This document shows positions 62,501 through 64,000 of a stretch of 64,000 bases of DNA, piece after piece. A program made the translations under genes and the position numbers. The notes below the pieces were generated by a model. That model ran no database searches, was not told the DNA's origin, and saw only the letters and a list, made by a program, of their open reading frames with translations. Every line of letters begins with the position of its first letter. Positions within the stretch are counted from its first letter, which is position 1. This stretch comes from Parasitella parasitica NRRL 2501 (Eukaryota > Fungi > Mucoromycota). Location of the stretch: positions 1 to 64,000 of the forward strand of contig MU619240.1 of assembly GCA_025201805.1 (NCBI GenBank). Direction: 5' to 3'.

Positions 62501-64000
62501 TGATCATTTTCGATGAGAACACTGGCTATTTGCTCCCCAAAGACTTGGGCCGTATTGCATCCAACTTTTATATCAAACATACCAGTATTGAGATATTCAA
62601 TACGATGATGAAGCCTCGCATGACGGAAGCCGACGTCCTCTCTATGATGAGCATGAGTTCTGAATTTGACCAGATAAAGTCGAGAGATACTGAGCACCAG
62701 GAGCTCAAGAAACTGTTGGAAAATGCGTGTGCTTGTGACATTAGAGTAGGAGAGGCGAAAGAGAAAAGGCGCAAACATGCACAGAAACTGATATATTTTA
62801 TTCTCTATAGGGTGGGACCGAAGATACCCACGGCAAGGTCAACATCTTGTTGCAGTCCTATGTTTCCAATGCCTATATCGAAGACTTTGCACTCGTCTCG
62901 GACTGTGCTTACGTTGCTCAAAACTCGGGGCGTATTGCTCGAGCATTGTTTGAAATCGCACTCAACAGAAACTGGGGGCCTACAGCGTCTGTGTTGCTTC
63001 AGATCAACAAGGCGGTCGAGAAACGCATGTGGACATTCCAGCACCCTCTAAGACAGATGAGTCTCCCTCACGACATCATCAACAAGCTCGAGAGTCGCAC
63101 ACATCAAGTATCGATTGAGGAGATGCGCGACATGGACCCCAATGAGCTGGGCGAACTGGTGCACCACCACCGTATGGGTATGACCATCTCTAAATGCGTA
63201 GATCAGTTCCCCATGCTGCTGCTTGATGCCCGCATCGCTCCAATCACCCGTAACGTATTGAACGTCGAACTCACTGTCACGCCTGATTTCGTATGGAACG
63301 ACCGTATCCATGGAAGCGTCGAGCCATGGTATATTTGGGCAGAGGATTCTGAAAACGTGGAAATCTACTACTCAGAGTACTTTTTGCTGTACAAAAAGCA
63401 GTTTGGAGAGCCCATCAAGATTGCGTTTACGGTCCCACTGGTGGAGCCTCTTCCCTCTCAAATCTACATCCGTGCCGTATCCGACCGATGGCTAGGCGCG
63501 GAAACCATCCTGCCGGTTTCTTTCCAGCACCTGATTCTGCCGCAGCTTTACCCTCCCCATACTGACCTGCTCGACCTGCAACCTTTGCCCATCACTGCTC
63601 TCAAGGATCAAGTCCTGGAAACCATCTGCGCCAAGCGATTCACTCACTTTAACCCTGTGCAGACTCAAATCTTCCACACTCTGTACAATACAGATAAAAA
63701 CTCGCTTGTCGGCGCTCCTACTGGCTCTGGCAAGACGGTTGCTGCTGAACTGGTCATGTGGGCTGCGTTTAGAGACCGCCCTGGGTCCAAGGTAGTGTAC
63801 ATTGCTCCTATGAAAGCGCTGGTGAAGGAAAGAGTGGCAGATTGGAACAAGCGTCTGACAGGGCCCATGGGTAAGAAGCTTGTTGAACTGACTGGCGATG
63901 TAACGCCCGATCTCAAGACAATCGAAGCTGCTGATATCATCATTACCACGCCCGAGAAATGGGACGGCATCAGTCGCAGCTGGCAAAAGCGTGGCTATGT
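59574..64000 (+). CDS. ASCC3: Ski2-like tandem helicase ASCC3/Slh1 (RQT complex), truncated by window end
   Basis: First cassette APTGAGKT, DEVH, SATLPN and [10 protein letters not shown], then a Sec63 domain, then a second cassette beginning [10 protein letters not shown]...GAPTGSGKT. The [13 protein letters not shown] segment favours ASCC3/Slh1 over Brr2. Confidence 0.9.

Overview
Gene-dense, intron-rich fungal DNA. Short introns, AT-rich spacers and the gene repertoire suggest Mucorales (inference). The window holds about 22 protein-coding genes: TSC1/hamartin, a PLB1-like GDSL lipase, a Zn2Cys6 transcription factor, an MptpB-like phosphatase, a HutD + AstE/AspA deacylase fusion, Set9, an expansin-like protein, Med15, asparaginase-ankyrin, a DDT/WHIM protein, CK2 alpha, an archaeal-type iPGM, COX9, an ABCC transporter, clathrin light chain, a 3'-truncated ASCC3/Slh1 helicase and several hypotheticals. 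Three things stand out. (1) The full-length ABCC protein has both ATP sites heavily degenerate, and one of its junctions stays in frame only with a GA-AG intron. (2) A bacterial-type HutD domain is spliced in frame to an M14 deacylase. (3) A ~1.48 kb non-coding repeat occurs once as a head-to-tail 1.25-mer and once as an exact monomer bounded by a 9-bp direct repeat, suggesting a circular intermediate. Gene models were assembled by eye from splice sites. Several N gaps are present. No tRNA, rRNA or CRISPR array was recognised.
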